Positions 9,989 to 21,194 of a DNA stretch of 64,000 nucleotides are shown one piece after another (within the stretch, counting starts at the first letter, position 1; every line of letters starts with the position of its first letter). This DNA is from an uncultured Nitrospiraceae bacterium (lineage in GTDB: Bacteria > Nitrospirota > Thermodesulfovibrionia > Thermodesulfovibrionales > SM23-35). Below the pieces are notes generated by a model. It was not told where the DNA came from, ran no database searches, and saw only the letters and a program-made list of their open reading frames with translations. Position numbers and translations under genes: made by a program. Location of the stretch: NCBI GenBank assembly GCA_963727775.1, contig CAVSHB010000002.1, positions 352,001 to 416,000 on the forward strand. The letters are read 5' to 3'.

Positions 9989-12900
9989 ATGAACTGGAGG
10001 GATAAATTGAAAAATACAGATTACCAAATGCAGAGGGGAGGACATAATTTTGCAGGCCATAGGCTGAGAGCGGCTGCGAGCATATTGCTATTTATTATTT
10101 GTTCCGTTTCTTTAAGCGGATTATACGGCTGTTCGGGGGATCATTCGCCTTCGAAGGCGTCCACTGTTGTGGGTGTTGAGAATATAGACGGCAAGGTGAA
10201 GATAGCCAAACTCGTCGGATCCCAAATCCCCATTGCCAATGGATTAGGCGATCAGCAGAACCCGCATGTCATATACCTCCCGAATAAGGACCTCTGGTTT
10301 ACGGTTTATGAGGACTGGGGCAACCTGAGTTCAGGCTCGGACATTAAGGGACGTTTTTTGAAAAATGACGGTACGTTTTGCGGTAGTGAGGTGACTATTA
10401 CCAATGCGCAAGGCGACCAGACAGCCCCATGGGCTGCATACCGTGAAAAGGATATCCTTGCATCTCCAACAGGGCACGACACGATAGTTGTGACGTGGCA
10501 GGATACGAGAGGGACCGGTACCGGAGGCTATGTTTATTACAAGGCAATTAATATCGACAGCCCTGCTTTTAATGTGAATGACTGTTCAGGTTCTTCCCTG
10601 GGAAGCGATACCGCGATATTATATCACCAGATTTCTCAATATGTAGACACGACTCCAGCCCCGGTGACATCAACAGTCACAGCTACGCAGACTATTGCTC
10701 TTGGAGATGGCAAGACAACTGCGTTTATTGCAACTCTAAAAAATACGCCCATAGTGCCGACAAGCGTTAACGTTACTGCTGGAAGTATTAGTCTAAATGA
10801 TACAGGTGGTTCCAGTGGCCTCAACCAAACTTCTCCACCTCCAACATGTGCATTCGGCACGGTAGATTATTCGACCGGTGCTTTGACACTTAACTTCTCT
10901 ACTACTGGTCTATGTACTGCACCTGCTTTCGGCACACCGATAATAGTAAGTTATACATATATTGCTACTACACCGTCGCCATTTTCAGTTGCTACTTCTC
11001 CGCTGGGTGATACCCTCCTTTCAAGGAAATTACCGAGAATCAGCTATGATCCGGGGAGGGACAGGTTCTGGGTTGTATGGAATGAGTCACGAAGCACATT
11101 GCAGAGGATATCCGAGATATGTTTCGGTCTCGCTATCGCCACGTGGGATTTCGGAGATAATTCATCTTTCCCTGGCTATGTGATGCTCGATGGCGTAACA
11201 TTGGCGGAACTGCCGAACGATATAGGGACTAATGGCGCAGATATAATAAGGAACGGGCTGGTGAGAACGAACCGGATTATCAGCGCCGGCCTTGCTGCAT
11301 TGACAGAGACGTATGATTACGAATTTTTTACCGGACTCAACAATATCGCCAATGCAACCGATACAACAGGACCTGAGACCTTTATGGCATGGGAAGGCAC
11401 AAGGCAAAAAGGGGAAATGGTCTGTACATGTACCGATAAGAACGGCAACGGCGTCTGCGACACGGGTGAAGTCATAACTTCTACATTTACTGTATCTCCT
11501 TTTGATGATGGGTTCAATCATGCATACGGCCTTTTTGATAAGGAAATTTCCAAAACTTCCATACTTTCGAAGAGACTGGATACCTCGAATACTACAACAG
11601 CTCATAATCCCGCTATAGGCTTTGATCCTGTAACAAAGAGATTTCTTACAGCATGGGAAGATCTGCGCGACGGTGCGACCAAAAAGATATGGGGGCAGCT
11701 TGTTTTTTCGGGCGGCGGCCTCTATAACGGAAATTTTCTTATAAGCTTCCAGGATACTACAGGCAGCGGAAAGCAGGACGCCAATATAGCGAGTTCAAAC
11801 CAGACAAAGCCTTTCATATCATATGACTCAGTGAACCAGAGGTACTTTGTTGCATGGGAGGACGGCAGAAACGGGACTGTATCACTGGAAAACCTTGATA
11901 TTTTTGGGCAGTATGTGGATACAGAGGGTTCTTTACGCGGAACGAACTATGCCATAACAACAGCGCCTTCAAACCAGTTAAGTCCGGCCATTGCTTATAA
12001 TTCAAAGGAGAATCTTTTTCTTGCCGTCTGGAAAGACGCGCAGAATAACTCCATACCATTCGAAGGCTCTGACATATACGGCCAGAGGTTTTCCTTAGGC
12101 CAGCCGCAACTGACGCTTTTAAACCTAGATAATACGACGTTGTCGCCGCCCCTGCTCAACTTCGGATCTGTTACGGTCGGGCAGTCTTCTACAATGTCGT
12201 TTAAGGTAAGAAACACCGGAGATACAAACCTCAAGATAGACTGCCTGTCACCTTTCCCTGCGGGTTCTCCTTTTTCCCACCAGACCCTGACTTCGGAACT
12301 TCAGACATGTGAAGGCACGTATGCTTCGGGTACGTTTCTTCAGATTATCCCTGGGGCGGAGCTTACATTTACGGTGCAATTCTCGCCAGCGTCTCAGAGC
12401 ACCTTTACTTCAAGTTTTACTATCCAGTCCGACGGAGAGATTCAGACCGTAAACGTTCAGGGTGGAGGAGTGACGCCGAGCATTGTCGTAAGCTCAAACA
12501 ATATTACATTTGGCAATGTGCATGTCGGACAGAGCACAGACCGGCCACTGAGGATAACCAACAATGGGACTGTCAGCTATCAGATAACGAACATTACAGG
12601 TGTAAGTGATCCATTCAGCATCGTATCGCCTCCGACATTCCCTCTGACCCTGAACGCCGGACAGTTTTTGGACCTGACTTTGCGTTTTACTCCTTCACAA
12701 TCAGGCGGTTTCAACGGCCAGATGAATATCCAGACGAACCTCCAGGGAGTCGGCCAGACAGTGCAACTCTCAGCCACCGGTACAGCGCCTGTATTATCTG
12801 TTTCAACAATAAGTCTTGATTACGGGGCTATAACTGTAGGTACTAACTCCGACCAGAATATAACCCTCAGCAATACAGGAAATGAGATCCTCACTATAAA

Positions 12901-15900
12901 TACGCTCAGCATTCCGGGCAGTTCAGGGTTCAGTGTTGTCGGCGCCGTATTGCCTATCAGCATCAGCCCGGGCAGTTCCCAGCCGATTACCGTAAGGTTC
13001 TCCCCGACTGATGTAGTTAGTTACAGCAGCGCATTGTCCATCCAGAGCAATGGAGGCAACCAGACAGTAAATTTGGCCGGGCAGGGCGCGGGAGGGAAGA
13101 TTTCGGTGTCTCCGGCCCAGGTGGACTTTCAGACCGTTGCAGTCGGCGCGTCAAAGACCGTAGCCGTCACTGTTTCAAATACGGGAAATGCGCCGATGAG
13201 CATAACGGGAATCACAAGCCCGCCTCTATCTACGCCGTTCAGCCTGATATTTACCGGCACGCCCACAATACAGCTTTTGCCTGGCACAAGCTATACAATT
13301 CTGGCAGTGTTCAGCCCTACAGCCGAAGGCACATTTAATAACAATACTTTTGTCGTCTCTACAAATGCGGTCAACACTTTAACAGGCGAAACTATAAAAG
13401 GCCAAGCGACGATTAAACTTCAGGGTGCTGCCGTAGTGCCGAAAGTTATTATTACCCCATCGTCGGTTGTTTTCCCTGATACCGCTGTGAACCAGATACA
13501 GTCCACCAATATTTCGATTAAGAATAACAGCCCTATCCCGGTCAAAATAAATGCTTTCAGTTTGCCTCAATCAGCATCTTTTGGTACGCTTTTTCAAGTC
13601 TTTAATATGTCGAGTGGGTCCCCTGTTTTATTGAAAGCAACCGATACATTTACCTTGCAGCCAGGTACGACATTGAATTTCGTGATAACGTTCCAGCCGC
13701 CTCAAACAGGTACTTTTAGCTCTACTTTCGGGATCCTTTTCGATTTCGCTTTGTCGCCGACTTATGTGCAAATAAGCGGGACTTCATCGGCGAGCATGAG
13801 CGTGACGCCTGCAGGCAGTGTCCTCGATTTCGGAACTGTTAAAGTCGGATCAACGAAAGACTTGGGCGTCACTGTTGCAAATACCGGTAAGTCAGTATTT
13901 AATTATCAGATTATAGGGTTGACTTCACCTTTTGTTGAGCCCATTTTTGTCTCTCTTCAACCAGTATCTCCGGGGCAACAGGACAGTCAAACAATTAGCT
14001 TCGCTCCTTCAGCGCGCGGGACATACCAACAGACATTGACTATTATTACTGACCAACAGGGGCTTAGCCAGACAATAACAGTGAAAGGGCAGGCAGTAGC
14101 GCCTATCCTGAGGGTCGAGCCTCTGAGTGTAGATTTCGGTTCGGTAACAGTTGGGTCAACTGCAACGCAAAACATCACACTATTTAACGATGGTGACGGG
14201 GACATGAATATCACAAGCTGCGGCTCTCCTCCTGACGGTTTTTCAATAAGCACATGTCCGTCTACCATACCTGCCGGTGCGAACGCGAAGCTGACTATTA
14301 CGTTCAAGCCGACAGATGCAATAGTGAATTCCGGGACAATGGATATTCAGACCGATGGAGGGACTAAGACTATTACTCTAACAGGAACAGGCCAGGGAGG
14401 AAAGATAAGCCTTTCTCAGGAGCAGATCGACTTCGGGACAGTAGCTCAAAATGCAACCGGCACAATCCCGTTAACCGTTACAAACACAGGCAATGGGCCT
14501 TTGAATATCACGAACATAACAAGTCCTACATCGCCCTTCAGCGTTAGCTTTGTAGGTACGGCACCGATAAAACTTCTGCCCAATACAACTTTTACAATTA
14601 ATGTCAACTTCAATCCGATAACTGCAGCTAATTATAGCTCGTCGTTTGTAATACAGACGGACGGGATTAACGGCAACAAAACTGTCAACCTTCAGGGCAC
14701 AGGTGTGTTACCGGCTATCAGCGTAAACCCTTCGCCTATAGTATTCACCGATACAGGCGTCGGCCTAACCCAGTCCCAAAATCTTTTTATCAAAAACAAT
14801 GGGACGCTGCCTGTTACCATAACGAGCTTTGATTCCCCTATTGCGCCATTTACGATTTCAGGGTTACCTACAGTGCCGTTTTCACTTAACGCCGGCGCAA
14901 CGTTAAGTCTTGTTGCGCAGTTTGCTCCGACGACTGCAGGGAGTTTCAGTTCCTCGCTTGGTATCCTTTTTGATACTGCGACGATGCCGACACTTGTCAA
15001 CATGACCGGCACTTCTTCAAATCCGGCAGGTAATATAATCTTTCAGCAGGGAGGTTCACTGATAACATCCGTGGGCTTTGGCAATGTACTGAAAGGGACT
15101 CCGAGCACAACACATCTAAGTATAATGAACACCGGCTCAATAACAAGATACGTCAATACTGTTACTCTGTCAGATCCTGCTTTTATGACGACTCTGAATG
15201 CACCGTTTACTTTAAATAGCGGAGAAACAAAATATTTTGATGTGATCTTCAATCCTACAGCGATACAGTCTTACTCTGCTACTCTGACATTGACGGATGC
15301 ATCGAATAATACGCAGCAGTTAAGCCTCACCGGGGCAGGTTCGTCGATCAGCGTAGGAGTCGATCCAGACTTTCCAGGGACAGTAACCTTCTTTACGGCG
15401 CTTACTTCATCACAACTGCCGGTATCCTCAAAACCGGCCAATTTCAATATCAGCAACGCGGCAGAATTTGTGATAGAAGGTGTTAATCCGGGTTCTTCGG
15501 TCTATGTGAGCATAACATTTAGTAGCCTGCCGGCGTCCCCTGTCTTCTATAAGGTCGTTGGGAACACATGGACAAAGCTTACTGACTATAGTCTGCAAAA
15601 TAATGTGCTGACCTACAGCATAACTGATAAGATCAGCATAACTGATAATAATGGTCCATTTGACAGTGACCCGACACCTGGTAAAATACAAGATCCGATT
15701 GTTGCCGGCAGCACAACCGGCGGTGGCGGCGGCGGTGGTGCTATCCATAACTCAGGCGGCGGCGGTTGTTTCATAGCAACGGCAGCATATGGCTCATACC
15801 TTGACGCGCACGTAATGGTCCTCAGGGAATTCAGAGACAAGTATCTTTTGACCAATGCGCCGGGTAAAATATTTGTAGCGCTGTATTACAAATATTCCCC

Positions 15901-16063
15901 GCCTGTAGCTGATTTTATCAGGGAGCACGAAATGTTAAGGACGGCGACAAGATTTGTACTGACGCCGATAGTTTATGGCGTAAAATACCCGTTGCCGGCA
16001 ATGGGGTTACTGTTCTTCAGCATCTCATTTTTCGGCATCAGGAAACGGAGGAGAGATTCTTAA
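9989..16063 (+). CDS. Giant surface lipoprotein/adhesin: propeller-like N-region, ten ASH/choice-of-anchor D Ig-like repeats, choice-of-anchor U-like domain, CFI-box-CTERM
   Basis: LYGC lipobox; repeated F..(A/V)WED blades; ten (D/N)FG.V..G....(I/V).N.G units; [29 protein letters not shown]...LREFRD...YYKYSPP then TM and RKRRR; true start may be downstream. Confidence 0.85.
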   Translation: MNWRDKLKNTDYQMQRGGHNFAGHRLRAAASILLFIICSVSLSGLYGCSGDHSPSKASTVVGVENIDGKVKIAKLVGSQIPIANGLGDQQNPHVIYLPNKDLWFTVYEDWGNLSSGSDIKGRFLKNDGTFCGSEVTITNAQGDQTAPWAAYREKDILASPTGHDTIVVTWQDTRGTGTGGYVYYKAINIDSPAFNVNDCSGSSLGSDTAILYHQISQYVDTTPAPVTSTVTATQTIALGDGKTTAFIATLKNTPIVPTSVNVTAGSISLNDTGGSSGLNQTSPPPTCAFGTVDYSTGALTLNFSTTGLCTAPAFGTPIIVSYTYIATTPSPFSVATSPLGDTLLSRKLPRISYDPGRDRFWVVWNESRSTLQRISEICFGLAIATWDFGDNSSFPGYVMLDGVTLAELPNDIGTNGADIIRNGLVRTNRIISAGLAALTETYDYEFFTGLNNIANATDTTGPETFMAWEGTRQKGEMVCTCTDKNGNGVCDTGEVITSTFTVSPFDDGFNHAYGLFDKEISKTSILSKRLDTSNTTTAHNPAIGFDPVTKRFLTAWEDLRDGATKKIWGQLVFSGGGLYNGNFLISFQDTTGSGKQDANIASSNQTKPFISYDSVNQRYFVAWEDGRNGTVSLENLDIFGQYVDTEGSLRGTNYAITTAPSNQLSPAIAYNSKENLFLAVWKDAQNNSIPFEGSDIYGQRFSLGQPQLTLLNLDNTTLSPPLLNFGSVTVGQSSTMSFKVRNTGDTNLKIDCLSPFPAGSPFSHQTLTSELQTCEGTYASGTFLQIIPGAELTFTVQFSPASQSTFTSSFTIQSDGEIQTVNVQGGGVTPSIVVSSNNITFGNVHVGQSTDRPLRITNNGTVSYQITNITGVSDPFSIVSPPTFPLTLNAGQFLDLTLRFTPSQSGGFNGQMNIQTNLQGVGQTVQLSATGTAPVLSVSTISLDYGAITVGTNSDQNITLSNTGNEILTINTLSIPGSSGFSVVGAVLPISISPGSSQPITVRFSPTDVVSYSSALSIQSNGGNQTVNLAGQGAGGKISVSPAQVDFQTVAVGASKTVAVTVSNTGNAPMSITGITSPPLSTPFSLIFTGTPTIQLLPGTSYTILAVFSPTAEGTFNNNTFVVSTNAVNTLTGETIKGQATIKLQGAAVVPKVIITPSSVVFPDTAVNQIQSTNISIKNNSPIPVKINAFSLPQSASFGTLFQVFNMSSGSPVLLKATDTFTLQPGTTLNFVITFQPPQTGTFSSTFGILFDFALSPTYVQISGTSSASMSVTPAGSVLDFGTVKVGSTKDLGVTVANTGKSVFNYQIIGLTSPFVEPIFVSLQPVSPGQQDSQTISFAPSARGTYQQTLTIITDQQGLSQTITVKGQAVAPILRVEPLSVDFGSVTVGSTATQNITLFNDGDGDMNITSCGSPPDGFSISTCPSTIPAGANAKLTITFKPTDAIVNSGTMDIQTDGGTKTITLTGTGQGGKISLSQEQIDFGTVAQNATGTIPLTVTNTGNGPLNITNITSPTSPFSVSFVGTAPIKLLPNTTFTINVNFNPITAANYSSSFVIQTDGINGNKTVNLQGTGVLPAISVNPSPIVFTDTGVGLTQSQNLFIKNNGTLPVTITSFDSPIAPFTISGLPTVPFSLNAGATLSLVAQFAPTTAGSFSSSLGILFDTATMPTLVNMTGTSSNPAGNIIFQQGGSLITSVGFGNVLKGTPSTTHLSIMNTGSITRYVNTVTLSDPAFMTTLNAPFTLNSGETKYFDVIFNPTAIQSYSATLTLTDASNNTQQLSLTGAGSSISVGVDPDFPGTVTFFTALTSSQLPVSSKPANFNISNAAEFVIEGVNPGSSVYVSITFSSLPASPVFYKVVGNTWTKLTDYSLQNNVLTYSITDKISITDNNGPFDSDPTPGKIQDPIVAGSTTGGGGGGGAIHNSGGGGCFIATAAYGSYLDAHVMVLREFRDKYLLTNAPGKIFVALYYKYSPPVADFIREHEMLRTATRFVLTPIVYGVKYPLPAMGLLFFSISFFGIRKRRRDS

Positions 16064-16082
16064 TAAGATTAGACTTGCGAAA

Positions 16083-16391
16083 TTGATTGTAATCATAGGG
16101 CTTGTACTTGCCGTCTCGGCTTGCGGCTCAAAGGAAGGCTGCCCGACAAAAGAGACTGTAACGTCGGCAGTGAAGAATATAATGCCTGTGCGCTTCGAGA
16201 TAGTGAGTATCGCGGAAACCAGTCAGATACACGGGATGTGCGAGGTGGTTATTAAAATAGACAAAGAGCCCGTGATTTTTTACACAGACAAGACCGGCGG
16301 ATATTTCTTCTCTGGGAGCATGGTTTCAACAAAGGACAAGACTGATATCACTCAGAAACGCCGGGAGTATTTTAAAACAAAACTGCAATGA
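16083..16391 (+). CDS. Small lipoprotein resembling the DsbC N-terminal (dimerisation) domain only
   Basis: Lipobox VSAC; I.GMCEVVI...IFYTDKTGGYFFSGSMV...DIT pattern; no thioredoxin CxxC domain. Confidence 0.65.
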   Translation: MIVIIGLVLAVSACGSKEGCPTKETVTSAVKNIMPVRFEIVSIAETSQIHGMCEVVIKIDKEPVIFYTDKTGGYFFSGSMVSTKDKTDITQKRREYFKTKLQ

Positions 16392-16443
16392 CCTTCATGC
16401 CCTCCCGTCAAGGAAGGGTTATATTTTTGGTCGAGGATATTTA

Positions 16444-17322
16444 TTGAAATCAAGCCTTTTTTCACATAGAAATATTTTTTATCTGAACGCGCTCGTAGGT
16501 GTAGTCCTTGTCATAGCAACTCTTTTTTTTATGCGGGATATTATTTCAGTCTATGCCGGCAAACAAAAAATCCTTAAGAGAGATGTCCCGGCGTCTAAAA
16601 ATACGCTGACCGGCAGGCAAAAAATGCAGCTTACAGATTATGCTTCGATAATGAAAAATAACCCTTTCGGTTTTCCGGGAGGTGAATTAAAGCCCCTAAC
16701 AGCTTCTTCGACGGAGGCCGATACCCGGCGTGCAGATATTCATCTCCTCGGCACGATAGTAGGACCGAAGGACCTCAGTTACGGCGTTTTTAAAAGCAGC
16801 TCAGGACCGCAGGAACTGTTCAAGGTCGGAGACTCTGTATTCGGTATCGGTAAATTGAGCAAAGTGGAGAGAGACAAGGTGATTATAAGACAGGGGGGTA
16901 AGGCAATAGAGGTACCCATTGAAGATGTGAAGGTGGAAGAGATTAAACAACCGGGCGCCGGAGGGTCACCATTCACCTCTTCTTTTGCCCAAAAGGTGGG
17001 GAAAGATACATATATGGTCGACCAGCGGAATTTACAACAGGCGATCGCCAACCCCGGACAGATAATGACTGACGCAAGGCTCAGGCCGAATACTGTTAAC
17101 GGTAAAGAGGAAGGGTTTATGTTGAGCGAAGTCAGGCAGGGAGGGATTTACAATAGCCTCGGGCTTCAGAACGGCGACGTGCTTTTGAGGATCAACGAGT
17201 ACGACATATCTAATCCGGAAAGGGCCCTACAGGCATTTACCGCACTGAAAGGCATGGACAGGGTGCAGATTGATTTGATCAGAGATGGAGCACGGATGAC
17301 AATGACTTACCAGATAAAGTAA
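16444..17322 (+). CDS. gspC: Type II secretion protein GspC (HR plus PDZ)
   Basis: N-terminal TM, LLGTIVG HR domain, LGLQNGDVLLRIN PDZ. Confidence 0.92.
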   Translation: MKSSLFSHRNIFYLNALVGVVLVIATLFFMRDIISVYAGKQKILKRDVPASKNTLTGRQKMQLTDYASIMKNNPFGFPGGELKPLTASSTEADTRRADIHLLGTIVGPKDLSYGVFKSSSGPQELFKVGDSVFGIGKLSKVERDKVIIRQGGKAIEVPIEDVKVEEIKQPGAGGSPFTSSFAQKVGKDTYMVDQRNLQQAIANPGQIMTDARLRPNTVNGKEEGFMLSEVRQGGIYNSLGLQNGDVLLRINEYDISNPERALQAFTALKGMDRVQIDLIRDGARMTMTYQIK

Positions 17323-17336
17323 TATAAGGCTATTAT

Positions 17337-19589
17337 ATGAAAAAGTTAGCGATCTTTGTTCTCATGGTTTTTTCTGTTTTTATCCTCAGGTCAAATGCGT
17401 CATGCGCTCCTGTAAATGCTCCTGCAGCAACGGCTGATCAAACCGCGGAAAAATCTGCTGAAGCGTCTCTGAGTGAAGTCTCCGTCCGGGAATCGGTCCA
17501 TCCTGAGAAAGAGGGCATCAAGGACAAGAAAGTTACTTTTAACTTTGTTGATGTTGATCTCTCGGCCATAACAAAATTTATCAGTGAGATCACCGGTAAA
17601 AATTTTATCTTCGATGAAAAAGTAAAAGGCAAGATAACAATAATCGCTCCTTCAAAGCTGTCGGTCCAGGATGCATACAGCCTTTTTACTTCAGTGCTGG
17701 AGCTTAAAGGGTTCACGATTGTTCCTTCGGGCGTCGCCGTATATAAGATTGTGCCCGCCATAGAGGCGAAACAACGAGGTATGCAGATTTCTACGGGAAG
17801 AGTTCCTGTTAATGAAAGTTATACGGCGCGATTGATTCCCATAAAATATATATCTTCCGACGACGCGCTCCGTTTCCTTCAGCCGATCGTTTCAAAGGAC
17901 GGCCATATATCCGCCTTTGGACCGGGAAACCTCTTGTTGGTGATTGATTCAGGACTGAACCTGGAGAAGGTCCGCTCCATTCTTGAAGTGATAGACCAGC
18001 CTTTATTGAGGGAGGAGCCCGAGATTGTTCTCCTTAAATATGCGAGTGCGGAAGTTATCGCGAGGATATTAAACGAAGGAATAAGTTACGGCAAAAGCAG
18101 ACCGGGATCAGGGCAAGTGGCCAAATCCGAAGAAGTGAAGGTAGTCCCCGACCAAAGGCTGAACGCCGTAGTTATATTCGGAGATAAACTCGTGAGGGAG
18201 TCGATTAAGGGGCTTGTCGCCCTTCTTGATATCCCCGCACCCGGGGCGCAGGGACGTATAAACGTATGTTTTCTCGAAAATGCTGATGCGACGGAATTAT
18301 CAAAGGTCTTGGAAGGGATGTTGAAAGGGACCCCGGTAAAACAAACCGCTACAGCCGCAGCGGGGAGCCAGGCTGTTACGCCCTTTGAAGCCGGAGGAGG
18401 AATAGTCATTACGCCTGATAAGGCAACAAATTCACTTGTGATAGTTGCATCGCCCGCCGACTACCAGAATCTTATCCAGGTAGTAAAACAGCTCGACCGC
18501 AGAAGGAAACAGGTTTACGTCGAAGGAATGATTGTAGAGGCATCGATTGATAAAGTGCAGGATCTTGGATTGAAATGGAGGATTACCGCCCAAAAAGGAG
18601 GAGCTCCTGTAGCAATAGGCGGTTTTGGAACTATCGACTCCTCTTCCGTACAGGGTATCCTTTCCGGTCTATCCGGTATGACCGTCGGTGGTATGGGAAA
18701 CTTTATCAATGTTCCTTTTACAACGGTCGGGTCGGATGGCACAGTCACAAATTCGACCCTTACAGTTCCCGGTTTTTCAGCGTTGTTCAGCATGCAGGAA
18801 TTCAAGGATGCAATTAATGTCCTTTCAACACCGCAGATCCTGACGTCTGATAATAAAGAGGCGGAAATAATTGTCGGCGAAAACGTGCCTTTGATTTCCA
18901 AGCAAGAAGCTAATGCGGCACAACCGCAAGCTCTCTTTACCGATATAGAAAGAAAAGATGTCGGTGTCATCTTGAAGCTTACTCCGCAGATTACGGAAGG
19001 TGATTATGTGAAACTTGATCTCTATCAGGAGATTACAGCTGTCGAACAGGGACAGGCAAATATTATAGCTACAGTGGGCCCGAACTTGTCAAAACGCTCA
19101 ACAAGGACTTCTGTAGTTGTAAAAGACAATCAGACAGTTATTATCGGCGGGCTCATACAGGAAAGGGTTGAAGAGACTGTGACCAAGATCCCTTTCTTAG
19201 GAGACATACCGGGGCTTGGGCTGCTTTTCAAAAACAAATCAAAAGAGAAAACGAAAACGAACCTGCTCGTATTTTTGACGCCGCATATTGTGAAAGAAGC
19301 GGAACAGCTTGCGAAACTTACAGACAGGAAAAAAGTTGAATTTGCGAGGACTGAGGACACGTACATACAGGGAGAGTTGCTTGTGAAGTTCAGGGAAGGA
19401 ATTACCGGAGAGAGGATGACCGAAATACTCTCCGGCGAAGGGGCAACTGTGATTTCTTTATCAAAGCTCCAGGGACTTTACCATATAAGCCTGAAGAAAG
19501 GGCAGGATGTTGAAGATGCCGTCAAGATATTCAATGCCTATAAAGAAGTGGAATACGCGGAACCTAACTATATGATGAAGATAAAATGA
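17337..19589 (+). CDS. gspD: Type II secretion secretin GspD with C-terminal subtilase propeptide-like domain
   Basis: FNFVDVDL..ITKFISEITGKNFI, QVYVEGMIVE, ERKDVGVILKLTPQI, KIPFLGDIPGLG.LF; tail GELLVKF...EVEYAEPNY. Confidence 0.96.
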   Translation: MKKLAIFVLMVFSVFILRSNASCAPVNAPAATADQTAEKSAEASLSEVSVRESVHPEKEGIKDKKVTFNFVDVDLSAITKFISEITGKNFIFDEKVKGKITIIAPSKLSVQDAYSLFTSVLELKGFTIVPSGVAVYKIVPAIEAKQRGMQISTGRVPVNESYTARLIPIKYISSDDALRFLQPIVSKDGHISAFGPGNLLLVIDSGLNLEKVRSILEVIDQPLLREEPEIVLLKYASAEVIARILNEGISYGKSRPGSGQVAKSEEVKVVPDQRLNAVVIFGDKLVRESIKGLVALLDIPAPGAQGRINVCFLENADATELSKVLEGMLKGTPVKQTATAAAGSQAVTPFEAGGGIVITPDKATNSLVIVASPADYQNLIQVVKQLDRRRKQVYVEGMIVEASIDKVQDLGLKWRITAQKGGAPVAIGGFGTIDSSSVQGILSGLSGMTVGGMGNFINVPFTTVGSDGTVTNSTLTVPGFSALFSMQEFKDAINVLSTPQILTSDNKEAEIIVGENVPLISKQEANAAQPQALFTDIERKDVGVILKLTPQITEGDYVKLDLYQEITAVEQGQANIIATVGPNLSKRSTRTSVVVKDNQTVIIGGLIQERVEETVTKIPFLGDIPGLGLLFKNKSKEKTKTNLLVFLTPHIVKEAEQLAKLTDRKKVEFARTEDTYIQGELLVKFREGITGERMTEILSGEGATVISLSKLQGLYHISLKKGQDVEDAVKIFNAYKEVEYAEPNYMMKIK

Positions 19590-19673
19590 TGGATGCAAAA
19601 AATAAGTTTTTCCATAACAGCTTTACCATCTAAACTGCATAATCCATGTCGATCAATGGACCGTAATTAAGAA

Positions 19674-21194
19674 ATGGAACATATTGAAGTTATAAAAGAG
19701 GAAGACATAGAGGTTTCCATCCTTAAGAATATCCCGCTTAGTTTTGTAAAAAACAACCAAATATTTCCTATGAAGATAGATAATTCCGAACTGGTTGGAG
19801 CTGTTGCCGACGATAAGGGGGTGCTTGCTCTCTCTGAGGCGTCGAAAATGTTCGGCCTGAAGCCGCGGGCGTTAAAGGCGTCTGCCGGGGTCATCCTCGA
19901 CGCGATCAACAAGTTCTACGGAAACATGGGGTCTGCTGAAGAAGTGATGGATACCATAACTGGAGAGGACCTTTCCTCCGTTGCCACGGCATTTGAGGCC
20001 CCCAAAGACCTGCTTGAATTGACTGAAGAGGCGCCTATCATAAGGCTCCTTAATGCCTTGCTTCTGCAGGCAGTCAAAGAGAGGGCAAGTGACATCCACA
20101 TCGAGCCTTACGAAAAAGAGCTCGATGTAAGACTACGCGTCGATGGTGTGCTTCATAAGGTGCTGACACCGCCGAAGATCATTCAAGATGCATTAATCAG
20201 CAGAATAAAAATTATGTCCAATCTTGATATAGCGGAAAAAAGATTACCACAGGATGGAAGGATACGGCTTCTGCTCGGGGGAAGAGATATAGACATCAGG
20301 GTATCGGTCATCCCCACTTCTCATGGCGAGCGGGCGGTGCTCAGACTATTGGACAGAAAACAGGGCCTTCTGGGTTTATGGGAAGTCGGGTTTGACAAGA
20401 ATGACGAAAAGAAACTCGAAGAATATCTTCGGAGACCCGACGGCATCATACTTGTAACGGGCCCTACAGGCAGCGGTAAAACTACAACCCTCTACGCTGC
20501 ATTGAACAGGATACATACGGAAGAAAAGAACATCATAACAGTTGAAGACCCGATTGAATATCAATTGAAAGGCATCGGCCAGGTCCACGTGAACCCGAGA
20601 ATAGGGCTGACATTCGCGTCGGGACTGAGGTCGATTTTAAGACAGGACCCGGATGTTATTATGGTCGGAGAAATAAGAGACCTCGAGACTGCCGAGATAG
20701 CGATGCAGGCATCTCTCACCGGTCATCTGGTCTTAAGTACCCTTCATACAAATGACGCGCCGAGTGCGCTGGTAAGACTCATCGACATGGGCATAGAGCC
20801 TTTTTTGGTCGCCTCATCTCTGAGTGTTGTTCTGGCGCAGAGGCTTGTAAGGTCAATTTGTCTTCATTGTAAAGTATCTTATAGTCCGTCCGAGCTTGAA
20901 AGGTCTTACTTCAACAAACCGCCTGAAGTTTTATATCGAGGGACCGGATGCGATAAGTGCAGCAATAAAGGTTATTTCGGAAGGATAGGCATATTTGAGC
21001 TCCTTGCAATAGATAATGAAATACGGCCGATGATTACCGATAAGATTGATTCTCAGAGCGTAAAGAACCATGCGCTTTCCAGGGGGATGAAAACCCTTCG
21101 CCAGGACGGTCTCGAAAAGGTCATCGGCGGCGTTACAACCCTTGAAGAGGTTTTGAGGGTCACGCAAAAAGATTATGCCGATATTTCAATATAA
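19674..21194 (+). CDS. gspE: Type II secretion ATPase GspE
   Basis: ASDIHIEP, RLPQDGR, GPTGSGKTTT, LRQDPDVIMVGEIRD, two CxxC zinc-site pairs. Confidence 0.97.
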   Translation: MEHIEVIKEEDIEVSILKNIPLSFVKNNQIFPMKIDNSELVGAVADDKGVLALSEASKMFGLKPRALKASAGVILDAINKFYGNMGSAEEVMDTITGEDLSSVATAFEAPKDLLELTEEAPIIRLLNALLLQAVKERASDIHIEPYEKELDVRLRVDGVLHKVLTPPKIIQDALISRIKIMSNLDIAEKRLPQDGRIRLLLGGRDIDIRVSVIPTSHGERAVLRLLDRKQGLLGLWEVGFDKNDEKKLEEYLRRPDGIILVTGPTGSGKTTTLYAALNRIHTEEKNIITVEDPIEYQLKGIGQVHVNPRIGLTFASGLRSILRQDPDVIMVGEIRDLETAEIAMQASLTGHLVLSTLHTNDAPSALVRLIDMGIEPFLVASSLSVVLAQRLVRSICLHCKVSYSPSELERSYFNKPPEVLYRGTGCDKCSNKGYFGRIGIFELLAIDNEIRPMITDKIDSQSVKNHALSRGMKTLRQDGLEKVIGGVTTLEEVLRVTQKDYADISI

